From NCBI GenBank assembly GCA_037447605.1, contig CM074822.1:1635492-1699491 (forward strand): a stretch of 64,000 nt of DNA, written 5' to 3'. The DNA is from Zygnema circumcarinatum SAG 698-1b (taxonomy: Eukaryota > Plantae > Zygnematophyceae). Numbering within the stretch: position 1 is the stretch's first letter; the number at the start of each line of letters is the position of its first letter. The notes under the pieces were generated by a model. The model was given only the letters and a program-made list of their open reading frames with translations. It ran no database searches and was not told where the DNA came from. Position numbers and translations under genes: made by a program. Positions 23,094 to 37,122 of this stretch are shown here, in pieces.

Positions 23094-26000
23094 ATGGACG
23101 ACACTCTGTCAGAACCACGGCCTGCTCCAAAACCTTTCAAAGTTGACTATGCGAAATCCGGAAGGGCGAGCTGCCGGACATGCAAAAATTCGATTGCTAA
23201 AGACAGTCTTCGAATTGCGAAAGTGGTTGCCTCTCGTCAATTTGATGGATACATGACGGTACACTTATCGGAAACCTGAGCTTCCTTCTCTAAAGACCTT
23301 AAAAGCCTAGGTCTGAATTTGAAAACCTGCAACGAGTCTGGATTTAAAAGCCTGCAATGAGTCTGAATTTAGAAGCCTGCAATCAGTGTGGTTTAAAAAT
23401 CTGCAATAAGTTTGGCCTGAAACTGTTGTGAAAATGCCAATATTTGAAAGCCTAAGGCCTTGGAAGCCTTAGGACACATCACAACTTGTATTGTTCAGCC
23501 TGATGCAAATTGTCAGCTTAGTGCTACTCCTCTACTTGTCTTTCAATGACTGAATATAATCAAGGAGTTAAATTTTCAACCAATTTCCACATCCAAGAGG
23601 CCAACATTACATATTGTGTGTTTTCATGGTCAATGATGGGATATTCACTTCCTTTCTCCCTACCCCCCCCCCCCCTTCCCCTCTTCCTTTTCTCTCTCTC
23701 TCTCCATCCATCTCCTTTTCTCTACATGCCCCACTTTGCAATATGGCAGATGTGGCACCATGCCAGCTGTGTGCTTAAGAAGCCTGGCGCCTTCAAAAGG
23801 TTAGATTCAGTTTCTTTCCATATTTACACGTGGTATCTGGAACGTTTAATACAGAAATAGGATTGAAAATTCTTATCCCTTTCTTTTTGGAAACTGTAAA
23901 AGTACTAAAAGCCCTGAAATTTGTAATCTTCTACTCCACAAATCGTAAAAGGCTTCGAATTCTGAACCCTAACTTGGAAGTGTGATGACGCAGTATTGGC
24001 GAGGTGGAGGATATTGACACTTTGAGATGGGAAGACCAGCAAAAGCTCCGAAAGTATGCAGAAGGGCAGCTTGCAGGAGGAGGAGAGGGAGAGGAGAAGA
24101 GGGAGGGAGACGGAGAAGGAGAGGACGATGGGGACGGAGAGGAGGGAGGAGACTTTTTGATTGAGTATGCAAAAAGTAGCAGATCCACGTGCAGAGGCTG
24201 CGATCAGAAGATTGAGAAAGGCGAGGTGAAGTCAACTTCCTGATTGTTAAATCCTAACGCGAAATCTTTAAAATTCTTATTGTGTTCGAAACCCTAAAAT
24301 AAGAGGAAAACCTAAAAGAACTTTAAATTCCCTTAAGACCCTTAAACGTTGACAACATGGCAAGCAATTTTATCAGTCCCCACCTTCCCTTCTTCCCCTT
24401 CTCTTCTCCCTTCCTTGCTTTTTTTTTTCTCCCTCCTCTCTTTCTCTCACTTTTCTCTTATCTTCTCCCTTTCTTTTCCTCTCCCTTTTTCTCCCTCTCT
24501 TTCTTTTCTTCTTTTTTTCCTTTTTCCTTTCTTTCCTTTTCCTTCTCTTCTCTCTTTCGCTCTTTCGTCTTCTCTTCTTCCTTTTTCCCTTTTTGTGTTT
24601 CTTCTGTCCTCCACCCCTTTCTCCTCCCCTCCCCCATTTGAATCTCCAGGTTCGAATTGCGAAAATGGGCGCTGGGCCCACAGGCCAGGCCGTGCCCTTG
24701 TGGCGGCATGCGGCATGCATGGTCAAGATGGGCTGGTGGCGGAGGCCATGGCCATGCATGCCGGGGTGGGAGGGGATAGGGCCGGCCGACAGAGAGGAAG
24801 TGGTAGCCATGGCAGCCGGAGCAGGGAAGGGAGGAGAGGGAGGAGGAACTCCAAGGAAAGCTGCCGGGAAAAGTGGGTTCCGTCTCTCGCTTGAGTACCA
24901 TTGCTTTTATCTCCCTCTTTCTTTCTCTGTCTCTCTACATCTCTCTCCCCACCTCTCCCTTTTGTTCCTTTTCTCTCCAAATTCCGTTCTGTTTCCTGTG
25001 TCTTTCTATTGCCCTTTTCGTTTGGTTATCTTCTTTGAGATTTTTAGGGTTTCTGGGATGCCAGAGGATACGCCTAGCGAGGAACCAGTGAAGAAGGAGA
25101 AGTCAAAATCGAGAAAGCGGAAAAAAGGTGCTGAGGAGGAGGAGGAGGAGAAGGTTTCAACGAAGGGTTCAGAAAAATCAACTCCTCCCGGGAAGAAAAG
25201 AGGAGTTCAGAGCAAGGAAGTCTCAAAGAAAAGTGAGGAAGTCAAGAAGAGTGGACAAAAATCTATGGTGGAAAAGGAGGAAAAATCAGTTACCAGCAAA
25301 GGAAAGAAAGAGATTCTTCGACCTAACAGTAACCCTAATCCTGAGTCGACGAAAGAGCCAAAAAACTCCACAAAAAGGGGCGCTCCGAAAGAAGCTTCTT
25401 CTGAAGTAAAGAGAGGGAAAGGCCACGGAACGGAAGCGACACATGCAGAAAATTCAAAAAGTGCAGAGTTTGACAAGCAGATGGAACTTCAAACGAGAGA
25501 GCTGTGGGCTCTGAAAGACCAACTTAAACAACACGTGTCGAAAGATCTCCTCCGTGAGATGCTCTCGATCAACGGCCAGGATCCCTCGGGATCGGAGCAT
25601 GATTTGAGGGAGAGATGTGCCGATGGTATGGCTTTTGGCCCTTTGGAAAAGTGCCCTCTCTGCCAGGGCTGGCTGGAATATGCTGACGGGTGCTACCGAT
25701 GTAGAAGCTTCCTTTCTGCATGGGCCAAGTGCAGCTACACAACGAGAGAGGTAGGGAGGAGGGGAAGGGAGTGGAAGGTGCCTGAGGACACGGAGAACGA
25801 GTATCTGCTGGTAAGAGAGAGGGGGGGGGGGTGGAGAGAGGGAGAGGGAGGGGAAGAGAGGGAGGGCGAGGGAGGTTGGAAGGGAGGCAGGGAGGAAGGG
25901 AAGCGGAGGGAAGGATGGGAAAAAGGGGGTGGCGGTCGTGGAGGCGAGCGGAGAGACGTGGGGGGTAGGGGGCGGGAAAGTAGAGAATGGACGAAACAGG

Positions 26001-29000
26001 GATGGGGGCAAAATGATGGGATGGAGATATTCCCGCACAGGAATTAAAAAAACGTCAGGAACTATTAAATTGTAAATTTCATTAGCTTTAAAAAGTTTCA
26101 AATTCTCAGCAATACTTCTGTCTCTGATTGTCCACTCTCCCTCCCGTCGCCCTCCCCCATCCCTCCCCCCTGTTTCCTTTCGGAGCAGAAATGGAAAGCT
26201 GAGCACGAGAAAATAAAGAAGGCGAAAAAGATAAAGGAGAGGTTGCTTCCGGCTGTTGTCGCAGCTCCCAGCCAATCAGGAGCCTCCAAATCCGCAGAAA
26301 ATAAGGAACTTCTTGCTGAGGGGGAATTATCGGAAAAGCCTCTGGCAGGATTGCGAATCGTCTTTGTTGGAAAACTTCAGTCATCTCAGGTTTGTAGAAT
26401 TTTTTTTTCGCTCTCTCACTCTCTTTCTCTCTCGCTCTCACTCTCCTCCTCCCTCTCCCTCACTCTCTCGTTTCCTCTCTTGTCCTCACTTGCACTCTTC
26501 CCCGCATTCCCGCTTACTCGCTTTCTATCGCTCTCACGGTCCCTCCTCTCTCCGCCACCATCTCTTGTCCTCTCTTCCTCTCCCTCCCTCTCTCTCTCCG
26601 TCTCTCTCTCTGACACTCCACTTTGTCACTCTATATGCCAAAGTTGAGGCATTTTCAGGCCTCCTGGACGCGCTTAAGTTTTGTATTTGGTCGATTCCTC
26701 GGACCCCAAAGGATTTTAGGGTTTCGATGGATTCTAGGGGTCAAAGTTTGCTGTTTTGTCTTTGAAGGGTTTCGGAGAAGCTTAGGGATTTTTTTGATAG
26801 AGTTAAGATGTGTGCAGAATGTGTGGAAGGAGAAGATCGATAAAGCGGGAGGCCGACTGCAGAGTGGTGTCACGTCAGGTGGGGTAATGGTCCTTCAAGT
26901 TTTGACGGTTTTAAGCTTGTAGGGTTTTTGTAGAGCCTTGACTTGCTTCTACTTGCTGATTCACCACTCTCCATAGTAGCCTTTCAGAATGCTCTCTAAT
27001 GAATTGTGAGATCTTGAGTAAACATGTAAGTATCTGTAAGTTATTTTTTGGAATTTTATGGTTTTCAAGAGTGGGAGGGTCATTAGCTTAGGTGTCTCAT
27101 TAGCCTACAAAGCATAATAGATATGTGCTGCTAACGTTGTTTCAAAGGGGGAGGGGGGGGGCTGGGGGTAGCAGCCACCAGCCTTATTGTTACATCAGAC
27201 GCTGAAATTGAGCAGCAGAACGAAAAGCTTGTGCAAGCAAGGTGAGAATTCCCGTTGCTCCAAACCCTAACCTTGATCTTCTGCCTTACACCCTAACCTT
27301 GACCTTTTGCCTTAAACCCTACCCTTGACCTTCTGCCTTAAACCCTGTCCTTGACCTTCTGCCTTAAACCCTAACCCCGAGTCCCTCCCCTTCCCTCCCC
27401 CTCCCCTTCCCTTTCCCTCCCCTCCCTCGTTTCCAGGGCAGCAGGCATCCCCATCCTTCGCGAGAGCTTCCTCACTGAGAGCATTGCGAGAGGGCGGCGC
27501 GCGGCCATGGCCGACCACTCCCTCGCCGCCGCCATGGCCATGGCCCGACCCCTAATGGCGAAGGTGAAGGTGAAGGTGAAGGGGCGGGCGGCCGTGCACG
27601 AGGAGGCCGCGGGGCTGCTGCGTGACGAGGGTCACGTGTTGGACTGCGAGGGGAGCGTGTACAGCGCCACGCTCAACCTGGCGGACATCGCCCACGGCTA
27701 CAACAGGCAAGGATGGAAGAAACCCTAAAACTGGAGAGAGAGACTTAAACCCTACAATCGGGAACTCTAGAATCTCAAACCCTAGAATGTCAAACCCTAG
27801 AATCTCAAACCCTAAAATGCCAAACCCTAGAATCTTAAAACACTAAAACTGAAGAGACTTCAACCCTAGAATCTTCAAACCATCAGAAACCCTAGAATGC
27901 CAAACCCTAGAATCTCAAACCCTAGAATGTCAAACCCTAAAATCTTAAAACTCTAAAACTGGAGAGACTTCAACCCGAGATTCAGAAACCTTAGTCTGTC
28001 AAACCCTAGAATCTTAAAACCCTAGAATCGGAAACCCTAAAGTTGAGGCTCTAGGTTCTCTTACTCTTAGAGGCCTAAACCCTAGATTCTTAAACCCTAA
28101 AACCGTAGTCTTAAACCCTAGAATCTCAAACCCTAAAACTGTAGTCTTAGACCCTAGAGTCTTAAACCGTAGAACATCAAACCCTAGAGTCGTAAATTTT
28201 AGAATCTTAAAGCCCTAAGTTTGAAGCCCCAAACGTTAGATCGTGAAACCCTAAAAACCCTTCCGTTTATAGTAATAACCCCATCCCAGTCACCTTGTTC
28301 TCCCTCTCCAAAGGCTGGAAACGCTAACAACCGAAAACTATATAAGATTAAACCCTACTCCCTAAACCCTAAAACCCTAAAGCCCTAAATTTTCTAAGGG
28401 TGGTCTATAATACGTCCATGTTTCCTCGTGAATCTAGGTTAGTTCCGACTCTTTTTTTTTATGTATATTTCAAGAAAAAATAAATTTGCGGTGGGTTGAA
28501 TTTGCAGTTACTATATTTTGCAAATTATCGAAGAAGATAAGAAGCCGATTTGCCATCTTTTTCGTAAATGGGGGCGGGTCGGAAGCTCAACAATTGGGAG
28601 CCATAAAATTTCGCAGCTGCCCCGAAAAGAAGCCATAGCTGAATTCCGGCGCCTATTTCTTGAAAAGACGGGCAACCAATGGGAGGCGTGGGATCGCAAA
28701 GAAAATTTTCAGAAGCAGCCCGGAAAGTTCTATCCATTAGATATAGTAGGCCCTCTCACTTCCCCCCCCCCTCCGCATCTCCCCCCCTCTCTGTCCCTCT
28801 CTCTCTCCCTCCTCTCTTTCTAGGCCCTCTCACTCTACCCCCACCCCGCATCTCCCCCTCTCTCTGTCTCTCTCTCTCTCTCTCCCCCCTCTCTTTCTAG
28901 GCCCTCTCACTCCCACACCCCCCCCCCGCATCTCCCACTCTCTCTGTCTCTCTCACTCTCCCCCTCTCTTTCTCTCTCTTTGTGTCCCTCCCTATCTCTC

Positions 29001-32000
29001 TTTGGCATTTTTGTTTTGGACTTTTTGCTTTTATAGAACTTGATTTTTGTTTTTGGATGAATTTGATTTTGATGACGTGACAGGACTATTGTGCTGCTGA
29101 CGAGGCCCCGACCAAGGAGAGAGTGCCACCTGGCAGCCGGAGCAGCCTGGACCGGCGATTGGTCAACCTTCTTAAGATGATTTTTGATATCGAAACTTTC
29201 AGGTGCTTCGCTTGTCGAAATCCGTCTCTTGTTGTCATTACCATTGTGCACATTCGAGGATTCCGCAAATTTTCTGAATATTCTCTCCCTCTCTCTCTCA
29301 CACACACTCGCTCTCACTATCTCTTTCATTGTCTCTCACACACACTGTCCCCCCCCCTTCAAACTCAACCTTCAAAGTGAGAAATACCCTTCTATCATTA
29401 AACCACAAATGTCGACGCTACTCTCAAAAGCCCAATGACTTAAACTCTCAATTAGTATGTTTTAAACACTTTCAATAATTTGCCTTCAATACCCAAAACC
29501 CAAGTTCACGCATAGCCCTCCTCACATGCAGGAGTGCCATGATGGAGTTTGAGATCAATGTGGAAGAAATGCCGCTCGGGAAGCTCTCCAAACGCCACAT
29601 AGAACGCGGTTAGCTGTTCTACACAACGCAACGGAACTGTTCTCTACCGAATTACTGAACTGAACTGAACTGAACTGAACTGAACTGGACTACATTGGAC
29701 TGGACTGAATTGAACTTAACCGAAACGAATGGATTGAACTGGATAGAATCGAACTGAACTGAACGGGATGCAGTGGAAGAGAATGGACAGAACAGAATAA
29801 CTCTGAATTGCTTAGAGAAGAAGAGAGCGCTATAGAACGCAATGGAATAGAACTGAACTGAACCCTACTGAATTGAAAACTGATTTGCACATGTCTTGCC
29901 GTTCCTTCCAACCTTCAGCGTTTGAGGGTCCCTACGTATCCCCTGAGTTTTCGATTCCCCAAGGGGGGGCACATTTGTTGCAGGATTTGAGGTGCTCACT
30001 GAAATTCAGAATTTAATACATCGGAAAGATCCGAACAAAGAAGCGGACCTCCACGTGGAGGGCCGACTGGCGGACGCTTCCAACCGCTTCTTCACCCTCA
30101 TTCCCTCCGTACGGCCCCACATTCTCCGAACGGAGGAAGCCCTTGAGCAAAAGGTCCCTCTCCCCCTCTCTCTCTCTCTTTCTCCCTCTCACTCTCACTC
30201 TCTCCCCCCCACCTTCCTCACTCTCGGCATTTTCGGGTTTTTTGGGGTTTCTTCTAAGATTTTCTGGAATTTTGAGACTATTCTTCTCCACTCTAGTCTA
30301 CTTTCTCTTTCGTTCTCTCTCTCTCCCTCTACCCCCGCATACCTCTCTCTCTATCACTTTGTCATTTTCGGGATTTTTGGGATCCCTAAAATTTCTACAT
30401 TTTCTGGGCATTTGGGACTTTAAGGTTGTTTAAGCCAATATGGTCCTAATCGGGGCTTCGGTTCAAGGGATTCCCTTGTCCTTTTAGAGTTCTAGGTTCA
30501 ATATTGTTCAAGATAACTGGACTGCATAGGTGTCCTACATTCTACATTACACTTTTGTTTTTATTATTCTTATTCCCTTCTACGATTGTCAGCATTGTTC
30601 TTTTTTTTTTTTTATGTTGTTTTCTTTCACTGTTATCACCATGACCCTCTTTATTGAAAAATCGTGAGACTCGAAGGAGTGCCTAAAACTACCTTACAAG
30701 AGCCTGCCCACTCCTTCGTTCTCTCCAGATCCGCATGTTGGAGACTCTTCGGGATATCGAGATAGCGTCGAAGATGGTGGGAGAGGCGGGAGAGGGAGAG
30801 GACCCCGTGGACTCCCACTACCGCCAGCTGCGCTGCGACTTGCAGCCTCTCCTTCCGGAGAGTGAGGACTACGCCCTTGTGAAAGCGTTCTTAGAAACCA
30901 CGCACGCGCCCACACACACGGTATTCTCGTGCACTCTCTCTGTCTCCCTCTCTCCTCTCTCCTCTCTCCTTCTCCCCCTCCTTCTCCCTCTCCTCTCTCT
31001 CCCGCACCTTCATCCTCGCCATTATCACTCTGGGCTTCTTTGTGCGAAGATGAGCCCAAGCCCCGTCTTCCATAAGTTAACATTGTGGAGCATAATTACC
31101 GCTCCCCCTCCCCCTCCCCCTCCCCCTCCCCCTCCCCCTCCCCCTCCCCCTCCCCCTCCCCCTCCCCCTCCCCCTCCCCCTCCCCCTAACCCTAACCCTA
31201 CCCCTACCACTTCCACTACCAACACCATTGCTACCCCCCCTTGGCAGGGTTGGGCCTTGGAACTGGAGGACGTGTTCGCTGTGAGCAGGAACGGAGAGGC
31301 GGAGGAGTACGCGCCGTTCCGTGAGAAACTCCAAAACAGAATGCTTCTCTGGCACGGTGGGACGGCGATCCATGTGTCCTACTGAGTCCGTTGGATGTCT
31401 CGGCTTATAGTTCCTAATTGGATGTTGCAATTTTCGTGCTCCATTTGTTAATACCTTTTCTTTGCATCACACTTCCTCACTCTCCCTTCCCCTCTTTCGT
31501 TTCAATCGCACCAACCTCCCCGTCTCTCTACCCTTTCCCTTCGCTCTTTCTCTACACACCCCTTTCTACCTACTTATGTACCTCCCTTTCTCTATATATC
31601 TTCCATGTACATATCTCCTCCCCTCTCTATTCCAATTTCCTTTTCCCTTCGTCACTTCCACTAATGTAGTCTTGATTAAAAAATACTTCCTTTGTATGCG
31701 AGTGCATGAGCCAAAAAAGAGATTCCCAAAAGGACTGATCTGCGAAACCTTATTCTATCCTAATATCTATACTTCCCAACCTAATTCCCTACCTAATTCC
31801 CTACCTAATTCCTAACCTAATTCCGCACCTAATTTCTAACTTCATTTCTTACCAAATTTTTACCCTAATTTCGACCCCCATTTCCACGCAGGCTCCCGGA
31901 CAAGCAACTATGCCGGAATTCTCAGTCAAGGATTACGGATTGCTCCCCCCGAGGCTCCTGTTTCCGGATATATGGTCAGTTTCAGTTTTCAGTTTTCAGT

Positions 32001-32522
32001 TTAGGCTTTCAGTTTTCTCAGTTTAGGCTTTGTTATTTACATTTTGTAAAGTCACCAGAGTCTTACAGAGCGCAATTTTACCAAATGGAGGTCTATTTTT
32101 TTTTTCTTTCTTTCTTTTTTTCAACCCATTTTATGGAGTTGGGGTCTGCAGTTTGGCAAAGGAGTATATTTCGCAGATCTGGTCAGCAAAAGTGCGCAGT
32201 ACTGCTTCTCGAATCCGAGCTCTCCCGTTGGGCTCATTCTTTTGAGTGAAGTGGCTCTTGGCGAAAGTTTGGAACTTCGGGAGGCGAAGGTAAGGTGGCT
32301 GAAACCCTAAAACCATAAACTTTTACATTCTAAAACCCTAAAACTCTTACGTTTTAAAACCTTTCGAACCCTAAACTATACCATTCTAGAATCCCCAAAC
32401 CTTCAAATCCTTACCTTCTAAAAATTTGAAACATCAAAAACTCTAAACGTCCTCTACCCCCCTCAGATGAGCATGCGCGTATGAGAGAGAGCGAGTCCGA
32501 CACGGAGGGAGAGAGAGAGAGG

Positions 32523-32554
<32 letters not shown>

Positions 32555-33007
32555 GCGAGAGAGAGCGCATCTCTGATAGTTAATGAAGGAATTTAAGCTT
32601 GGAAGCAGTCATTGCACTTACAAAGAGTTCCGCGTGTGTATGTTTTCCCAATTTCTAGTACTTGGAGAAACTGCCACGTGGCAAGCACTCTACAAAAGGA
32701 TTGGGCGCCATGGAACCCGACAAGTCTCAGTTCCGTAAATGGCGGGAAGATGTGGTGGTTCCATGTGGGAAGCCAGTTCCGTCGAGCGTGAAGAAGCCCG
32801 CCCTGCAATACAATGAATACATTGTTTACGACAAGGCGCAGGTATACCTAAAGTTCTCCCATTTTTTCTTCTATTATTTTTTTTTTTGGGGCGTTTAATT
32901 TTCATTTTTCATTTTTCGATTTTTTTCCCTTCCCCTTTTGTTGGGTGGCCACCGTGCAGATTAAACTGCAGTTTCTGCTTAAAGTAAGATTCAAATTCAA
33001 GCGCTAA
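23094..33007 (+). CDS. PARP1: Poly(ADP-ribose) polymerase 1; ~19 exons
   Basis: Domain order: zf-PARP 1 ([14 protein letters not shown]...WHHASC), zf-PARP 2 ([14 protein letters not shown]...WRHAAC), PADR1 ([16 protein letters not shown]), BRCT ([10 protein letters not shown]), WGR (LFRKWGRVG), regulatory domain ([12 protein letters not shown]; RFFTLIP) and catalytic domain with the H-Y-E triad ([28 protein letters not shown]). Last exon [15 protein letters not shown] at 32960-33007. Confidence 0.97.
27271..27374 (+). repeat. 4 x 26-bp tandem repeat in a PARP1 intron
   Basis: Unit CCTTGACCTTCTGCCTTAAACCCTAA starting at 27271, 27297, 27323 and 27349. Confidence 0.9.
27720..28395 (+). repeat. 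Degenerate telomere-like (AAACCCTA-containing) tandem repeat filling a PARP1 intron
   Basis: More than 20 AAACCCTA(G/A) motifs at roughly 20-bp spacing (AAACCCTAGAATCTC/AAACCCTAGAATGTC). Confidence 0.85.
29655..29880 (+). repeat. (ACTGA)n pentanucleotide microsatellite with degenerate tail, intronic
   Basis: Perfect ACTGA run at ~29655-29690, then degenerate AACTG/AATGG units. Confidence 0.85.
31101..31190 (+). repeat. (CTCCCC)n hexamer run, intronic
   Basis: About 14 perfect CTCCCC units. Confidence 0.95.
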
Positions 33008-34937
33008 AGAAGGACATATTGCGCGTCAGACTGAAGGAGAGCATGGGCGAGAGTGCGAGCGTGGGAGAGGGGAAGAGGGAGAGAGAGTGTGGGGGAGGGC
33101 GAGAGTCAGAGAGAGGGAGAGAGAGAGTGTGGGGGGGGGCGAGAGTCAGAGAGAGGGAGAGAGAGAGTGAGTGGGGGGGCAGAGAGTCAGAGAGAGGGAT
33201 TGGGGGAGAGAGGGGAAGTTCTGAGGGCCTTCCTAGGGATTGAGTTTTGCGGTTTTGGAGATGAGAAAACAAATGTATAGGAATCTTTTTTCTTACTTTA
33301 GGACGACATCTGGTGAAAGTTTTTGGGCTTCGACAAGCGGAGTTGGAGGTTTCAAGCGCGTGCTTGAAACCTCAATCGAAATCTGAACATTTACTTGTTT
33401 TTGGTTGTGGACGTAAACTGTGAATTGATGGTTGTGGTAATGCTTGTGGCGTCTTTTCATTTTTGTAAAAAAAAAAAGAGATATTTTCTGCAAAGAAATC
33501 GGACAATATTCGTCACTGCCTCTTCCCCGCGCACTTTTCCCCCTCTCACTCACTCCCTCTCTTTCTCTCTCGAAAAAAACCAATGACACTCCCTCTCTCC
33601 CCCCATTATGTTCCTCTCCCTCCCCATCTAGTTCCATGCCCCTCCGTCCTGTTCCGGCCGTGCATGGGGAGCCGCATACTGACTTCCCTCGTCCGGCCAA
33701 GCCAAAAGGGCACAGGGAAAAACGAGTGGGACAGAGAGGGGGGGAGAGACAGAGGAGAGCAAGAGGAAGAGCGGGAGAGGGGATGGGTGCGGAATTCTCA
33801 ATTCAAGTTATGAACCGGTGCAAGATATGGGGAATCAGTTTCGACTGGGTACTTTCAAAACGACTCCAAAACTTAGAATCACAAACATACATGTGTTGAT
33901 AAATGACGCACTCGTCACTTAACTCATCTCTCGTCATCCACAGACTGTCTCCCACCCCGCCTCCATCTCGCCCTCCCTCTCTTCCCTCTCTCCCTTTCCC
34001 TCTCTCTCTCTATCACCCTCCAGCCCCCGTCCCCTCCCCCACTCTCTCCCTCCTTTCCCCCCCCCTCCCTTCCCCCCGCTCTCCGCTCTCCCTCCCTCTC
34101 CAATGGCTCCCAAACCACGCACTTCTGATCGATCTCATTTCAAATACTTGCAAAGGCGGTAAAGTCGCCTGCTTGTAGAGAGGAGGCGTTTATAAAAAAA
34201 AACTATTCGCAAGCGCTGATTGCTGAAAGCTGCCAAAACTGTTTCCCTTAGTTACAACTTACTCAAAACCCCAATACACAAAACTGAGACATATACAAAT
34301 CGTTTTCAAAATTTGCCCTAGAAAAAAGGAGAAAAAAAAACAAAGCTCGGAGTTTTCCATATTTACAATATTCCTGACTGCGATGTTGGCATCGTCCATA
34401 TCTATGTCCGTTTCTGTTCCGTTTCTGTTTTGTGCCTACACACGTCACAGAAACCGCTGCTCAGTTTGTGTTCGGAAGTCATAGCAGCCATCGCCTCATG
34501 TTCAAAAGTTCCAAGTTTTAATGTCATAGATACAAAAACAAGCAGATCTCTATTCCCCACTCGATAGAGCAGACGGAGAGAGAAAAAGGGGGGGGGGGGG
34601 GGAAGAGAGCGAGAGAGCGAGAGAGAGAGCGAGAGATCCGACTGCGAGAGAGAGACAGAGAGAAGTGACAGAGAGAGACAGTGAGAGAAGAGAGAGAGGG
34701 ACAGACCTCGAATAAAATCAGATCCATATACACCACCCTCTTAGAGCAGACTGCGAGCGAGACAGTGTGTGTGTGTGGGGGGGGGGTGAGAGAGAGAGAG
34801 AAAGAGAGAGAGTGAGAAGGAGAGAGTGAGAGAGGAGAGAGTGCGAGTGAGAGTGAGAGTGAGTGAGAGAGAGAGAGAGAGATTGAGATTTCTCAGATAT
34901 AACGAAACCCACCTCAAAGCCCCTCCCTCCCTCTCTC

Positions 34938-37044
34938 TCACACCGCTTTCACCGAGCCTCGCTCGCGGGTCCCTTTGTCCCCGCCCGTGACCACCAGAGT
35001 CCCCCGCGGCGCGAAAATTGCGACCTCGATTCGGCTCCGCCGCTTTCGATCGAACTTTTCAAAGGTCCCGTCGGGGACGTTCCATCCTCTCTGGAGGACC
35101 TGGCGGGGGAGGGCGCGGTAGAGGGAGTTGTAGCCCGCCAGGAAGGAGGGGACCTCCGCCTCCGAATTGGAGAAGGAGACCCACTCTAAGGGCTCGTCAT
35201 CTTCGGCCCACTGGAAGAAAGCAGCAGCAAGAATTTGAAGATTTTTTTATGGTTTAGGGAGAGTTTGAGATGGAGGAGATGGATGGTTTATGGCTGAGTA
35301 GGAGAAGGACATGATAAGGGAGTGAGAGGGGGAAGGGGGAGGAGGCAGAGAAAGGAGGCGGGGGGGGAAGTGCGAGAGGGAGGGGGGAAGCGCGAGAGGG
35401 AGGGTGAGAGAGGGAGAGGGGGAGAGCGAGAGAGAGAGCGAGAGAGGGAGGGAGAGAGAGAGAGAGAAAAAGCGAGATAGAGAGAGAGGGAAGAGAGAGA
35501 AGAGAGAGAGAGAGGGAAGAGAGAGAAGAGAGAGACCATTGCAATAGGGAACAGAGCGAGAAGAGAAAAGGGGGAGGAGGGAGAGCACGAGAGAGAGAGA
35601 GAGAGGGAGGGAGAGAGAGAGAGAGAGGGAGGGAGAGAGAGAGAGAGAAAAAGCGAGATAGAGAGAGGGAAGAGAGAGGGAGGGAGAGAGAGAGAGAGAA
35701 AAAGCGAGATAGAGAGAGGGAAGAGAGAGGGAGGGAGAGAGAGAGAGAGAAAAAGCGAGATAGAGAGAGAGGGAAGAGAGAGAAGAGAGAGAGAGAGGGA
35801 AGAGAGAGAAGAGAGAGACCATTGCAATAGGGAACATGGCCGGGACGACAACGGTGTCTTCCATCTCTACATCCATCCGCATTGCGTTCTGCCCATCGGG
35901 ATAAGCCATCTCCATGCGGCCCCTCCCCCTCAGGAAATGAATCACGCGACTCGCAGAGGTGAAGTGAGGCGCCATCATCGCTCCTTTCTGAAACTCGAAA
36001 AAAGTGGTGCATGAAACAGATCAGGAAGGAAGACGAAAGTTCATGAGATTTGAGATAAAAAAAAAAAAAAATCCTCGTGAAAACGAAAGCCATGCTTGAA
36101 CCATAAGATTCTGTTCGCATTCCATGCTGCATTCTTTGTTTGCAAAAATCATTTTTATTCAGTTGACGGTGAAGATAGCCACAGACGAGTTAAGCAGTAC
36201 AGGCTCACCTCAAGATGAATAGAGGAGAAGGACATATCCATCTTGCGGAGTATCGGCATCTTGGCGGCATTCAAGTGAGCAGCCATTCCTCCCATCTTCA
36301 CTGCAACTTCGGGATCAGCTTCCTTCATATTATATACAAAGTCGCCAAAGAAAATCGTGCTCGGCTGCCATGTTAACTTGGCCGCATCCTGCACTACAAA
36401 CATTGGGGACACCTTCAGACTCTTCTATTAGAAAGGACCAAGTATTCTCAAATCCAAGTTGCATCAATTGAGAACAAATAAGGCAGAGAGAGGGACAGGG
36501 ATCTGACGAGTGCTGATTCCTGCAACTTGCCTCATGTGTAACTTTAACGAAAGCCGTTGACTTTGCAGAAGTGAGCAGCTCCTCCACGTCTTCTTCCTCA
36601 ACGTTCCATGCGCGGGCCCACATTTCCTTACTACAACGGTAAACAGAGAGGATAGAATTTATACAAGTTATGAACCATCCATGAAAGGTATATGCTGAAA
36701 AGCATGGCAAATGGAAGCTGCAGGAGCTCCCAAGTCCTTTCTTTCACCTGAAGCCATGGATGACTGCTCCTCCTGAGTCCTCCTCCTTTGACCCCATGAG
36801 GTAGAAAGTATTGCAGCTGCCCTTCATCTGGCAAGTTGCCACGTGTGCCACTGCCATCATGCGGAGGTCCTCGGTCTTGTTGTTCCAAACCCACCACGTC
36901 CATCCTTTTGGTACGGCGATAACATCACCTTTTTTGATGTTCCTATACAAGGTTTAAAACGTTGAAAGGAGAAGTTACGTCTTGAAATAAAGATTGAAAT
37001 CAAGAGACAGCTTTGCATATTAGTTATGAAAACTTCGTGTGAAG

Positions 37045-37122
<78 letters not shown>

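Noticed and set aside
33293-34750. Additional 3' exons of the cupin, or a separate small minus-strand gene
   Set aside because: Several acceptor-like sites exist, but the cupin already reaches an in-frame TGA at 34938 and no homology supports an extension.
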